A DNA stretch of 64,000 bases from Camelus ferus (taxonomy: Eukaryota). Shown in pieces: positions 11,646 through 25,269 of the stretch. Below the pieces are notes generated by a model, which saw only the letters and a list, made by a program, of their open reading frames with translations, did no database searches and was not told the DNA's origin. The position numbers and the translations under genes were made by a program. Numbering within the stretch: position 1 is the first letter of the stretch; every line of letters starts with the position of its first letter. Location of the stretch: contig NC_045696.1 of the NCBI RefSeq assembly GCF_009834535.1, positions 76,014,001 to 76,078,000 on the forward strand, in the 5' to 3' direction.

Positions 11646-14600
11646 AGCTCTGCCCTCTGAGTTCCTGGGACTGGAAATTACCAATTAAAATACCTCCAGG
11701 GGAAAGAGGTCAAGAAAGAAAGCCACATGGTGAGGACTTCAGTAATTTACCATAAAGCATTCAATTCCCATTAAAAGCAAAACAACAACAAAACAAAACA
11801 ATAACACTATGTACTAAATAAAACATATCTTCAGTTGTCTCCAGTTCACAGGCAACCCTGTACCTCTGATTCAACTTGTATTCTCTCAGATAGAATTGCC
11901 CCTATAGTAGAAAACTGCCCATCACCTAACAGTCACAGCCAACGTGCACCTTCCAGATGCACTCAGACTTAATACAATAACCTTCGTTATCCCTGTTCTA
12001 ATACGAATTCTGAACATCAGCAAAGCATGCTATTTAAATCTTTTTCCCACATGTCATCTGTCACCTCTTTCTATAACCCTCTTCCATTCATTGATTGTAG
12101 GGCCTAGAGAGAAACTTAAGCATCACTCATTCCAATCCACTCATTTTACAGATAAAGCAATTGGGGCAGATGACATACACGGCAGGTCACAAAACCTGTT
12201 ATTAGAGACACAGAGATAAACAATAAGAACCCAAACTCACCTGAGTGCTGTCCAGTGCTTTTCTCATGTCACCACATCATCTGAAATGAAGCTCAAGGTG
12301 ACTTTCAGAACTGAAACACTATGAAAGTACTAGATGCAAAAACAATTTTCATCATGCATCTATTTTAATATAAAACATAAATATGCATATGGATAAACAT
12401 TCTCACACATTGCTTTTCTTTAATTCTGGGCATGACCCAGACTGGGATCTGAAATTGATCCCTTGCTAATGAGGGACAACTAAAAAGCAAAGATTTAATG
12501 ATAGAAATTGTTTATAGTTGGCCATAAATAATGCAGTAATGGAATATTTATTGATCCCAGGTTCAGTAGCCTAAATGAGTGATGGACTAGGAAATGCCTG
12601 CCACTTTCTGAAGCCTCACACACAAGCGCAGTCCACCCTATTAACGAAATGTGCTAAAGCACAGAGCCAAAAACTGACTGAGCTATCTGGGCACTCCAGG
12701 CTGACTCATTTGCAAGATGGTTCTTTTCTTAGATTCCCAGGATAGAAAAGACGTAACATTAGTTTTTGTACATTGAAAAAAAAATTAATGTGACCTTGCT
12801 TCCTGTTACTGCTGTCAAGCTGAAGAAAACAGAGAGGCGTCAAAATGACCCAAAATTTTAGTTTATTCCAGGGCCCATCTGTCTCACCAAGTACCAACAC
12901 TCCTCCTCTGAAGACCCTCAGAATCCTTATGCCACTGTGCTTTGTTTGCATTTAATTTCCTCAGAGCTCTAGAAAAGATCCAAACCTACAGCCTTGATGC
13001 CTTTTTCCCTCCCCCACGCTTCCCTGGCCCAAGTGGCAAACAGCATCCACCTTGCTGCCTCCGTTTAATCACAGAATGATAATATTTCAACATAACAGAG
13101 GGGCTGTTTGTGCTTTATCTTTTACTGCATTTTTACGGGCAGCAATATATTTCCTCTTTTCCTCCCCTGATACTGTAACAATCTTTCCTAAATTAAATAT
13201 GTAACAAATTTCTCATACGACTTTATTCCCAGGCTCTTTTTTAAACCATCATTAAATATCTTCATGCTGTTTGACAGTTATTCCTCATCAGTGTGTTACC
13301 TTAGAGACCGCAGGCTGCAAATGGAGGTTTATGCTGTGCCGATTAAGAGGAAGAGCACTGAGGATCCAAGGGGTTGACTAGACCACCCGCTCCCACGATA
13401 AGCAGGGACAGGCACCAGGGGACCAGAAAGGCACACACTTGAGAAGCAGAGTTCATCCTATTTATCTTTGTGTGCCCAGGACCTTTGTGTTTCAGGGGTA
13501 GCTAGGTTCTCTGGAGATATCTGGAGGAAGGAAAAGGAGGAGAAGTAGGAGGATACAGGAGAAAGGATAGAAGAGGGGAATGACAGGGAGTCAGGCAAGA
13601 GGCTAAAGGTTGGGGAGATACTCAGTGGAGAAAAAAGACAGGTGAAAAGCACCACACCAGAGGGAAATCTGGAGAAGTCTCCCATTCATTCATCGATTTG
13701 ACCCAAGACAAAATGTACATAGATGGCAAAGTGCTTCCCCAAGGACCGTAGTTCCTGAAGAGAATGACAATCTGCAGAGCAGACCGAGGCCTCCCCCGAG
13801 ACCTGAGATCGCATTCTGCAGAGGACATCAGCAACTATGACCCAAGGAGCACTGTGACAGGCAGGAAGGTGGGCTCAAGGGGGAGGTCTGCAGAGGTGAA
13901 CCACACTGGCAGAGGTGGCACTCACTGGATGGGGGGACATGTGTCCTGTAGTAAAACTGAACTAACAGCCGTGGTATCTGGAAGGAAATTATATGGGCCA
14001 GAAAGAAACACACTTAACTTTTCTAATAGTTGTAATTATCTGGACTTATGGATCACATCACTGAGCTTATCTGAAAACAAGGAAACAATCTAGGATTAGA
14101 CATTGGCTATGGTCACAGCTGTTATGTGTCAGCTTTAATTTGCAACCAGTCTCTTTGACACACAGTCTTTTTGGTATTGAACAAGAACCGGTAAGATTTC
14201 TAAGTGCCAAATCCATATTAACACTTTTGCAGATGTGTGCACCTCACCTAATGCACTATTAAAAAAAAAATCCTGGACACTTGAGCTATGTTGAAGTCCC
14301 TTAGGTAACAAAATTGTGTAGGATATGCCATTTTGGCACTTTTTATTTCTGGAGTCAATCTAGACGTATAGATGGATGCAGAACCAGTCACAGAAGAGGG
14401 AAGGAATATTTTGATCAATTTTTAGTGAATAATCTAGTTTAGCCAATATGTCTTGGCAATTATGTATACTGTTGTCCACAGGGTTATTTTTTGTTAGACT
14501 TCCTGACAGGTTCCAATATTGTATACTGCAAATGGTGATGGTCTGTTTATAATAGAATGAACTGTCACCCGTGGAGTTGTCTCAGCTATTTGAAGGATCT

Positions 14601-14679
14601 AGGAAGCTGCTTGGAATAAAAAAATATATACCTTACTTGAAGCCAAAAGAGCTTGTTCTACCTCCGGTTTTCCCAAGAA

Positions 14680-14785
14680 CTGGTAATGTGATCTTGGACA
14701 AATACCTTCATCTAGCCAGGCCTCAGTTTCCTTATCTGTGACATAAAAGAGCTGGACCAGATAATCCTTAACAACTCTTTCAGTG
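14680..14785 (+). mobile_element. MIR (MIR3-like) fragment
   Basis: gtgatcttggacaaat...gcctcagtttccttatctgt...ctggaccagat. Confidence 0.75.
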
Positions 14786-15179
14786 CCAGCAGCCTGAGAC
14801 ACAGACACAAAATAAGGAGCAATGTTAAAATCCATAACCAAAACCCAGGAAGTGTAGGAAAGGGACCGTCTCTGTAACATCCCTACTCCTCTGCTTTGGA
14901 ATTCATGGCATTGACCAAGACTATGATAGTAATCACTGGTTCTGATAATTATGTAACAGATGCTCAGGAAGGTGGCTTTTGACATCTAGAAACATAGAGT
15001 AGAATGGAATGCAAACAAGAGTCCAACAACACTCTGACTTTATCCATTCTGTTCTGCCTCTACCAGTAATACGCATAGGGATGAAGAAGCAGAAGTTAAA
15101 AATGATATTTTAAAAAAACACAGAAAACAGAAGGCAGCACATAGCCAAGGTCCAATTTTGGGAGGTCGTGTAGCTTCAT

Positions 15180-15420
15180 TTTTTAAAATAACTTCAGACT
15201 TATAGAAGAGATGCCAAATAGTATAGAGTTCCCTTAATCTCTTCACCTAGCTTCCCTAATGCTAATATCTTGCATATATGTAGTACAAATATCAAAACAA
15301 GGAAATTAACACTGGTATAATAATATTTACTAAATTACAAATTTTATTCAATTTTTATTAAATTACAGATTCAATTTTTCCACTGATGTCCTTTTCAGTT
15401 CCAAGACCCAAACCCAAATG
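15180..15420 (-). mobile_element. LINE-1 3' end (L1MC4-like)
   Basis: aataacttcagacttatagaagagatgccaaatagtatagagttccc...aggaaattaacactggtataata. Confidence 0.8.
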
Positions 15421-16869
15421 CCTGATTTTAATTGAGGCAATTTAAGACTGTCTTTGCACATAGGAGAGCAGGTAGAGTTCTTAAGTTCGTGGCATCCTCT
15501 ATAAATTAAGCTCCAGGACAACCAAGAAAGACCTGACCTTGTTAACCTCTGTAATCTCAAACTTGGGAATAGTGCCTAAAACAGAGGTTCAATCACGTGT
15601 TGAATGAATGAGTAGATGACTAACAGACCAATTAGATCACCTTACCTTCATTTTTGCAGAACAAAAGCCAACACGACCAGTTTCAAGGGATTATTCTAAA
15701 TATTTAATTTTCCATGAATTCCTGAATCCTCTCGGTTACTCCAAGATTTTTATATGGTATAGCTTTACTAGAATTAGATTTGAACTATTAAGAATTCCAA
15801 AGACATAGATTACAATTCCACTGACTACTTTCCTCCTGCCCCAAAGCCACAATGTTAGGCTAAATAGCCTCACCTGTGTTTCCTTAAGCATATTTCATAA
15901 CCATACTTATTACACTATCTTATAATTAATGATGCAGTCTGAAATGATCTTCTGGGCAAGAGTTTTTTCATCCAGTTATACCAAATACCTGACAGATGTT
16001 AGGTACTTAGATGGTAACCTTCTGTTGGTACATCAACATTACCTATACACATAAAATTCTTTGAGATGGCATTGTTGATGCAAGTAATTAACAAACCAAA
16101 CAAAATTCCTCAGTGGCGTGTATTGTCAAATTTCTTTTCCCTGCCTTATGAGAACACTGAATTCAGGCCTACGTTCTCCAGCAAACCCTTAAGAGAAAGT
16201 CTATTCTATAACCAACTAACAGATCTCTGACCTTCCTTTTCCCTTCAAGGCATATTTCTGACTGACAACAAGTATATTTCTGTTCTTTACATGTTTATGA
16301 GATTTGTCCATTAAACAGAGCAAGAGCCGCTTTATTTTAACTGTGGCTTTAAAGTACTTAAAACACTGCTACACACTATGTGCTACTCAATAAAAAACAG
16401 TCCTTGGTGTAATCAAAAAAGAGCAGAGATGATGAAAGCCATCCACTGTCATGCTTCCAATGCTTTATGACTACTTCTTCAAACCATCGTTCACTCCAGC
16501 ACACCGGGACTCATGCAAACCCACATCCCTCTCTGTGACAGGTCCCAACACCCTTCTGCCTTGACCTACTGAGAGGTAGGGCTTCATGGTGGGAATAAAG
16601 GAGTTAAAAGACTTTTAGATCAGCCAGCTGGTGGATAGGACAGAGCTCTGAATAATCAAAACAATTCACTCATACATACATGTGTATTGAAAATACTGTA
16701 AGAAAATCTGTCTACAACACAAAGTGAACCACATCATTGTAGAGGAACAAAGCTCAGAAAGTCCTTGTAGAGGATAGCACGGTGCACTAGAGAGGTAAAA
16801 GTGGCTCAGCAAGACTGCACCATTAAAGTCCCAGTTTGCAGTCTACATATTTCAGAATGTAAATGGTTG

Positions 16870-17365
16870 GATTGATTCTTCTAAAATCACTGCTTCAAAA
16901 CTGGATGCCAAAGGTAGCAGCAGCAGGCATTGCAAATCAGACCAAGTTGTTCCCTTGCTTGAGACCTTTTAATGGATCCCGAATGTGCTCAGGAGCCCAG
17001 CTTGTGGGCATGATTTACAAGTGCTGTGGCGCTCTGGGCCCTGCATGCACTCCAGCCTTCTCTCTCATCAGCCCCTCTTCCTGCACAGGCTCCCATCCCA
17101 CTGTCCTACCTGCAGTCATTCTGTGCTGCCTGGTCCACATTCCCACTGCTAGACCCTTGGCAGACCCCATGTCCCTGCTTCCTCTGATGATTCCCTACAT
17201 TGGACTCTTTAACCCAATGTTGAAAGTACCCTGTTTTCATTACAAAATAATAAATAACTTGAGAGTAGTAATCATGTCTGTATGATTCACTGCTTTATTT
17301 CCAGGACCTTGAACAGTGCCTGGTACATTAGAAGCAGTAAAAAAGTATTTTTTCAATGAAAGAAT
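16870..17365 (+). mobile_element. Degenerate L2 3' fragment
   Basis: Ends in attcactgctttatttccaggaccttgaacagtgcctggtacattag...aatgaaagaat. Confidence 0.6.
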
Positions 17366-19583
17366 ACATTTAAAGAGGGAAATAAACATTCTTTCTAGTT
17401 ATCTGCAAATAATGACTAAATAGCTCATTTCCCCTCCAGGAAAATAATGTTATATAAGTCTAAAACCAAACCAAATGATATTTTATAAGGGTTGGTTTGC
17501 TATAAATAGAAAATCAGTTATTATCATTATAATTATTACCAAGCATCACACTATATCTATGCCCTTTAATCTATTAGATTACAAAAAAAAAAAAAACCCT
17601 CTATCTACCCACTTTATTCCTTGCAAAATGATATTCAAATATTCAATTTCAACATGCTGGGTCCCTAGAGCTCTGATCCATTAATTTTTGATTTGCAGTC
17701 AATCTCTATTATACTTAAAGGAGAGTGCTTTCAATGCCTAGCCACAGGGTGCTGGTACCCAGACATTGTGCCATTGGAGCCCATAAACTTCCTTGCTAAC
17801 CCTAGAGTAAGCAGCCTGCACCCCCAGTAAATGCATTTTTTCAGCTGTAAAGATCTCCCATATAAAATGCTTTATAGAACAGTGGCATTTTATACATATA
17901 AAAGAGTTAAACTTTTATTATTGTAATATTCCAGAGTCTTTCTGAGGGGAGCATGTGACAATAAAGCTGTCTTTCCTACAAGTATTTACATCTTTCATTG
18001 TCTTCTGCATGAGTAAAGGATTACATTTGGATTCCTGCCAAAATGCGCCTTAATTGATTTTTTTTCAGGTGTTTCCTACTGTCATGGCAACCATAATCAA
18101 ATCTCTTTTCATGAATAGCCTTGTCAATTGCAATATAATATTCTCACTGAATACGGTCTCCAGTTCTCTCTCTGCCAATCTCTCTGGAGCTTGCTTTCTT
18201 GACCTAACATTTCCTTCAGGTTTGTAGGCCCTGTGGAAATAATATACTTAAATAGCATACATAATAAAAAAAAAAATCAGAACCTCCTATGAGTTCCCTT
18301 GGTTTGACACATAAACACAAAATATAAAAACAGATCATGCTTTCAATGGTAATAGATATTTTAATACTGGCATGATTTGTCAGATAGCTACAATCCTTCT
18401 CAAATCACCTTTGGAGGTATTGCCTTATTTTTTCTTTTTTTCTCCCAAGAAAAATCATTATTCATCTAAAGAGAGAACATCTTGTCAAGTGTTTCAGTTC
18501 AAGAAAATAAGGAAAACTTCTCTGCCAAAACGCAACAAATGTGATTACACAAGGCAAAGGAGAAGCCCATAATTAGATCATTACCATGGAAACAACCTAA
18601 TTACATGTGTAAAGCAGTGAGGGCTGAGTTGCAGATCTGAATATGTTAATACCATTGTCTATGTTATAATATTTCTGCTACTTAGCCATCCCCAAATGTA
18701 ATCATACAAGCCATATAGATAAATCCCAACTCAGTTTAAATGAATGAAAAAACACTGTGCAGTTATGTGAATGGAGTTCAGGAATATTCATTCTCTTTAG
18801 TATAAACACACACCTATGCTCTTAAATGAGAAAAAAAATTTGTGTGTGTCAATGATAAATGTATGTTAGCATGTAAATAGCCTTAAGTATGTATTTTGGA
18901 ATTTCATACTGTGCAAAAAATTATAAGGACAACCAAAGTGAGGGCAAGGTAATTAAAAATTTTAAACCATATATTCTGTATTTATACTGAGGAATAATTT
19001 AATATGGTCTACTATTAGTTATTTAGAGGCCAGTTGATTTTTAAGGTCTCATTTGATCCCTGAAGGCTAAAATGTGAGGGTCCAATTATTTATTGTTCAA
19101 GCCACAGTCCAAGGTATAAGGCACACCCCCAGGGGCAGGGAGGGGCTACCCAGAATAATTTTATTAATATAAGGGCCAGTTTGGTTTTTTTAAATTATCA
19201 AATCTAAATTCCTGTTCCTAATTTTCTTTTAACACCATTTTCAAACGTCCCTGTGTTTGAATTTGTTAAACACCTTCCATTTTCGGCCCTTGCTTTTCTC
19301 AGCTGCACCCTCCTGTCAGTCATCTCAGACACTGGCTGTCACTTGCTCTACAGGCAGGTCTTTCTCCTTCCCTGCTAAAGTTATAAGCTGGGTTTTGGTG
19401 AAGTTGCTTTCATCCTCCTCTGTGGTGCCCTTTGGAAAAGTATCTTCCTCAGCAGTCCCACATATTAGTTAGACCCTGACCTCCCCACTTCTCCTGAAAA
19501 CAGCATGGCCTCCAGAGGTGAGGAGGGCAGGAGATAAGAGATTGCTGATGGTCCTCACTCCCTGCCTCCAGTACCCCCGCTGC

Positions 19584-19586
<3 letters not shown>

Positions 19587-19634
<48 letters not shown>
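19587..19634. repeat. (CA)n microsatellite
   Basis: Directly visible, about 24 units. Confidence 0.97.
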
Positions 19635-19637
<3 letters not shown>

Positions 19638-19867
19638 GGTCCAGAGGGGGCAGATAAGGGCATGAAGGGCCTTTTCATTTTCCCACTGGTCTGCATTTCT
19701 CATGCCTTTTGTGCTTCTGCCTCCTCTCTTTCTGTCATTCCCTACTCTTCCCTACAGCCACAAAGAACAGGTCTTCTGCTGGAGAGAGGAAAGGAGAGGT
19801 GGAGGGAACTGTAGCTTTTTGGGGATGGGGATGGGAACTCATTCTGTAGCTCTCTTCCCCCAGTGCA

Positions 19868-19868
19868 A

Positions 19869-19915
<47 letters not shown>
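19868..19915. repeat. (CA)n microsatellite
   Basis: Directly visible, one interruption. Confidence 0.97.
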
Positions 19916-19917
<2 letters not shown>

Positions 19918-22017
19918 CTGGGAACTGAGTAGAAGTAGCCGGTCTATCAGCAGCTCAAGGATCCTGGCCCCAAATAACAATGCCTTTTGTGCATTGTAGT
20001 TTCTACTAAAACATAATTTTTCTCCCTAAAATTATCTTCATTCCCACCAAAGACAGCCATGTTAAGACTAATTTATTTGCAAAATTAGTCTAGATCTAAT
20101 GAATTTGGTCTAATTATTTACATAAGTACTGCAAGAATAATGATTGGCCATACAGGCTCTTTTAAATCTGCTTTGCTGTAACTTTTTATAAGGGATCTCC
20201 AAACTGAACTTTTAATAGCCTTTTAAGGTTAAGAAGCAAGCCAAACACTGTTGTTGGACTTCACCTGCAATGCCTATAGATTTGGGTGAATTCCTCTCTT
20301 CCTGAGGTTTCTCATATATCCTGAGGTTCCTGCGCCGGGCAGGAAATGACTTTCCTTTTCCACCTGGTAAGGCTGCTGGGAACCCTGAAATACCAGACTA
20401 TTTTTCCAAGGGGCTTTACTGGTTCCATAAGGTCAACCTTAACTCCTTAAAGTGTCTGGTCATAGCTGAGCCTAGTTAACATCTTTTTTTAATAAGGAGA
20501 GAAAACAAATCTTTTGAGATGTTCCAGGGACCCTCTAGAAAACCTCTAAGTTATTTCTAGGTCAGTAAGACATCATTTAGAATTCAATTTTGGGGAAGTT
20601 TATCAAAAAATATCAAAAAGATTTTAAAACACTTGATCAAGTAAGATCATAGGTCACAAATCATATTTAGTTATCCATGTAATCAACATGACAAAGACTT
20701 CACAGGCAAATACAGAAAGTTAAATAGTTGTAAAAAGCCTTAGCCCTTTTAGTATTAAAAAGACTCAGTTGCTTTTGTTTTCTTAAATAATCAAAGACCT
20801 GATAAAGACAAAACATATAATCTTTGTTTTTATAGACAAATTACATTAAAGGTAAAGAAGACTTTTGTAAACAATTTCTTATTAAGAGCAGACCAATAAT
20901 CTAAGAAAACTTCATCCCTTTAACAAAGAGAGAAAAAACAAATTTTAATTTTGTACAAATTTACTTTTTATATTAAAACTCATTTACCTAATAAAATACT
21001 TTCCAGTCCTAGTAAGTTCTAACCATACAAAACATTCCTTTTTTCACAAACCTTCTACAACTTTCTATGTCCATTTTAGTTTATACCTTGTTCTCTTTCT
21101 CATTTAGAAATAATCAGCCTCTTTAGGACTAAATCACTTTCCTTTCCCTCAAAATGTATTTCCATATCTCACACCTTCCCCCCTCCCCAGAAACACATGT
21201 CTTATTTTTGCTTATATAGATGTTTTCCTTATTATTTTAGTAGCTTTGATTGCATATATTAGTCAGAATTCTTAACTCTTAGAAACTTTAATTTCTAGTA
21301 AAAACTAAGAAGTAAGCTATTGTAATCTGTCTGTTATATTAGCATTCTTTAAAATGACAAATTCCATAATTTTTAGAACCATACCTTTTCTCATAGCACA
21401 ATTTTTTTAACATGGCATAAGACATGTTTGTTAACAGAACCAAATATCTTTAGTTCCTCTGCAGTAAGAGGTCAAAAGTAGGTAAAATTAAACTTGCTTA
21501 GCAATTAATGTTTCAGTATGTTATCTTATTTGGAAATAATTTAGACATTCAATAAATCCTCATAATTTAATTCAATTCTAAGCATGTAAGTTATCAAAGA
21601 GACTTGAGAAACTATTTAAGTAGACATATCATAAAACAATCATTGCTAAAAAGTTCACTTAAAAACTCTTACCTCATTTACATCTATTTAACTCATTTGT
21701 TCTTAACAATCACACTAGATTACTCATGAAAATTTCATGAGACATTAAAGCAGTTAGTCATCATTTTAAGTTTTGTTTTTGGTTTTTTTTCTGACAAACT
21801 TTGCACAGAGACATAAGCCCATTTGACTAGTTAACCTAGGTAGAACAAAAGTTGTTTATCTGAATTATATTTGATGCTGATAATCTCTGATGACATTCCT
21901 GTATTAATGAAAGCAACAAGCTTAAAATTAGCTTTCATTTACCAAAGATTATCCTAGATCATGTGAGCTTGAAAAAATTGGGGTTTGTTTTTATTATATC
22001 TCTGAAATTTAGAAATA

Positions 22018-22238
22018 CAGTTAACTTTTGAACAACGTGGCGGTTAGTAGAATTGACCCCTGCAGCAAAACTGAAAATCCATGTATAACATTATGTTAGC
22101 CCTCTGTATCCTCAGTTCTATATCTAAGGATTCAACCAACATGGATCATGTAGTACTGTAGTATGTATTTACTGAAAAAAAAAACTGCATTCAAGTGAAC
22201 CCTTGCAGTTCAAACCTGTGTTGTTCAAGGGTCAACTG
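22018..22238 (-). mobile_element. MER8-like Tigger2-derived MITE nested in the ERV
   Basis: Terminal inverted repeats cagttaacttttgaacaac / gttgttcaagggtcaactg, flanked by TA at 22016-17 and 22239-40 (Tc1/mariner-type TSD). Confidence 0.9.
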
Positions 22239-23179
22239 TAGTTAATTTATAAATGTTCATCTTTAGGTTAATTAAATAGAGGTCTTTTACAAATTAATTT
22301 TGTAATACCACTCAGGTAGAAAAATACCGTATCTACAAAGTACAAACATAAACATACACACAGACAGATAGACATGGACAGAGAGCTCATAATTTTCATT
22401 TTAAAACTTTAGTCATGAATCAGTAACAATACAAAACTCATTAGTTTATAAATAACAGTTGGAATAAAACTTACTCACTCAGATGGCTAAAATCTTTTAT
22501 TATTTGTGAAAAAGACTTTTAGGATCTGTATTTGCCCTTGGTAAATAATCTTAAACAGGCTATGATTTTAGAGTTTGGGCAAGTGAGCTCTTTTAGCAGT
22601 TTGTGTTTAAAAGACCTCTTTCCCTCTTTTTTCTTTTTCTTTAGTTTCAGGCTCCACCAGTTGAGTTAATCTGGGCTCAGTCTCAAGTGCTATGGGCTGT
22701 GTTTATGTCCAAAGACATGATAGACTTTATACCTTTAAGGAACAGAGGGAAAAACCGTAAGTGTTCTCCTAGGATTTGGGGGGTATATTTGTCTATTATA
22801 AGTCTTAGGGTAATTACTGTAATTTTTTTCCTTAAGTACAGGACAATTTTGCTCCAATATCTCAATCTTTTATAATATACACGAGCATTTTGAAAGGACA
22901 AGGCAAGGTTTGGGGACTGGTGAAGGGAGGTGTGGCCTGACTTGTTTCTAGAGTTGCATTTCTGGTTCTGTAGAGATTTATAAGACAAAGGCAGTTGTAT
23001 CTATTAGCCCTTGACTACTGGCTTCCAGCTGATCTATTTCTTGACTATTTTTAGAACAGCCTGGGGAATTGCTGAGATGAAGAATTTTTTTTAAGAAGGG
23101 GAATTTACATTGGATCTTCCTTTTAAGTTTAATTTCTGTTCTTCCATCCTGATAAGGGATTCCCTCAGGCTAGCTTTTA

Positions 23180-23183
<4 letters not shown>

Positions 23184-23231
<48 letters not shown>

Positions 23232-23240
23232 GTGTGTGTG
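23184..23240. repeat. (TG)n microsatellite inside ERV
   Basis: Directly visible. Confidence 0.97.
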
Positions 23241-24409
23241 TTCTTTCAATTTGATCCTCCTGTAAGTACCAATATGACAGCTGTTTATGATGACAGCTCT
23301 CCAATAATTTTTCTCCTTTCAAATATAGCCAATTTCAAGAATCCATCACTTGGCCATTGATGAGTAGGATCTTACATTAATTTCAAACAGCAGCTCAGCC
23401 AACAAGCCTTTTTTATGGCTTAGCCGAAGATGCAAAAGGCACCTCACAAGAGAGTATCTATCCCTCACAAGACCTAGAAATTTCAGTCTCAGAATTAGTT
23501 TTAAAAAAGTAAAAACACTTCACCGCTACAGGTGGTAAAAATGGTGGGGTGAAAATGGTCTCCACTTTCCCGTGAGAACGTGGTATGCCTCCAGTCATAG
23601 ACCTGCTAATCTGTGACACCAGAGAGATGCTACTGTAATGGGACTTCTCCAGCCCTAACAAGCAACAAAGCTTAAGAAAACAAAGGCTCCTTATGGACTA
23701 GGACCCCTAATGACAAATACCCCCGAGAGCTGGAACAGCCAGACAGAGACAGTGCTGCTTACACCACTGTCTTGAAACCTCAGTCTATTCAACTGGCTTC
23801 TAGACACTGTGTCTATTCGACCCCACTAAGTACACCTTCTGGGTTGCAAAGATCGGAGAGAATATTCTCACTGGTCACAAAGTGAAGCTCTCAGGACGTG
23901 GAACAAGATGGAAGGAAAAACCTCATGCAGTTTTTACATAGGGGACCCCCAGCAGAGTTCGTCTAAACAGACATGGTCTGGTGGAAACTGTTAACTCATC
24001 AGTCAGTGAGGCCAGCTTGAACAGCAGGTGTATAACGGGCTTATGCTTGCTGTTCTGCCCTGTGGTTCTTCCTTCTTATGACAAACAAAGCAACAGACTT
24101 AGGCAAAGAAAAACAGTGACCATCTCTGGGAGGAAAGGATCAATAAAAATTGAGAGTACTCATTTACCAAATACCAGAGCCACTAGATCCCAAGCAACCA
24201 GTTCCACAGATATTTCCTCCTGCTAACCTAAGTTAAGACAGAAAAAGGACTGCCATGACTTTTCCCTTCCATCAGACCCGGCAGGCAGACATTGGGAGGC
24301 TGATGGGGCAAGAACTCTGACTTTCTACTGGCTTTTGTCAGAGGTCCCAGGATCTCTCAGCTGTAGCAGCCTCAGGGTGAGGGGATGTGGGAAGCAGGGT
24401 CCAGCCAGT

Positions 24410-24427
24410 ATCTTGCCAACTATACCA
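24410..24427 (-). other. Retroviral primer-binding site, tRNA-Ser type
   Basis: Minus strand TGGTATAGTTGGCAAGAT begins 2 nt after the LTR's terminal CA. 14/18 match to the tRNA-Ser complement TGGCGTAGTCGGCAGGAT; 3 of 4 mismatches are CpG transitions. Confidence 0.8.
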
Positions 24428-24429
24428 AC

Positions 24430-24936
24430 TGTTAAGGAGGAAGGATCCCCCCAATCCTCTTGAGTGACTTTAGTTGGTCTAATAATTAAATCGTCATAAG
24501 ACAGATTAACAGGAAGGAAAAAAATTTAATTTGTATGCAAGGAGATCTCATAGAAATGGGATCCTCAAAGTTACCAAAGCAGGCTGCTTATATTTCATTT
24601 TTAGACAAAGAAACAATTATCTGTGAAGATTTAACAAAAATACTTGTGCTTGGGGGCAACAGATTAATGAAGAAGTAACAAAGTTTGTTTACATAGTTTT
24701 CTTAGCCTTGGATTCCTTAACTCTGGTGATAAAGATGCTTTCTATCCTCCTAGTCAAAGGAAGGTAACTTCACATGGAAGATTTAGTTCTCACTTCCGGG
24801 GAGAAAGAGGGAGAGTTGGAGTATTTTTTTTAAATACCATTTCCCGGCCATTGGCTGTTTCTCAAGTAACTTTAATTCAAAATAATTAATACGCCACTGA
24901 GGCGTATTTGGGGGCAGCTTGACCTGGGTCTTAGCA
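24430..24936 (-). mobile_element. 5' LTR, MER34/MER39-like (ERV1)
   Basis: TG...CA termini, 507 bp. Minus strand begins tgctaagacccaggtcaagctgcccccaaatacgcctcagtggcgtattaattattttga, with TATA-like aatataag and an ATTAAA poly(A) signal in the expected order, followed by the PBS. Confidence 0.85.
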
Positions 24937-25269
24937 GCTGTAACATAGGCTGAGTCAAGCCCTGCTTCAGCCTCCCCTCCCACACCCAGCCTGGGTGGTC
25001 CCAGGCCAGGATGCTGGGCTCACTCAGGCTCCTCCTCCCAGCCTAGAGAGCACACACACTGCTGGGATGGAGAGAAGGGCCTGAAATGGAGAAGGATTAC
25101 TATATTTGGGCTTAAGCACATCATATAACCTCATTAAGCTTTTTTTTTTTCCTGTTGAATGATGGCAGTGGGAAGGAAATCTGGAGTGGGTGGTGACTGA
25201 AGGAAGCTCTACAATCCCTTCCAGTTATTATGTTCTATGAGAAAAAGTGATCTTCTTTATGTACTTTTT

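Larger units (their letters stand above)
19985..24429 (-). mobile_element. ERV1-class (MER4/MER34-group-like) non-coding internal proviral region, 3'-truncated
   Basis: Follows an LTR + PBS on the minus strand. AT-rich body with motifs I associate with MER4-group internals (caggctcttttaaatctgctttgctg, gggtgaattcctctcttcctgagg). No gag/pol/env ORF. Left boundary approximate. Confidence 0.75.

Noticed and set aside
19640..19653. CTCF-like TCCAGAGGGGGCAG
   Set aside because: Only the 3' half matches the consensus.
19449..19980. CVCVCV / HTHTHT ORFs as metal-binding peptides
   Set aside because: Translations of (CA)n microsatellites.
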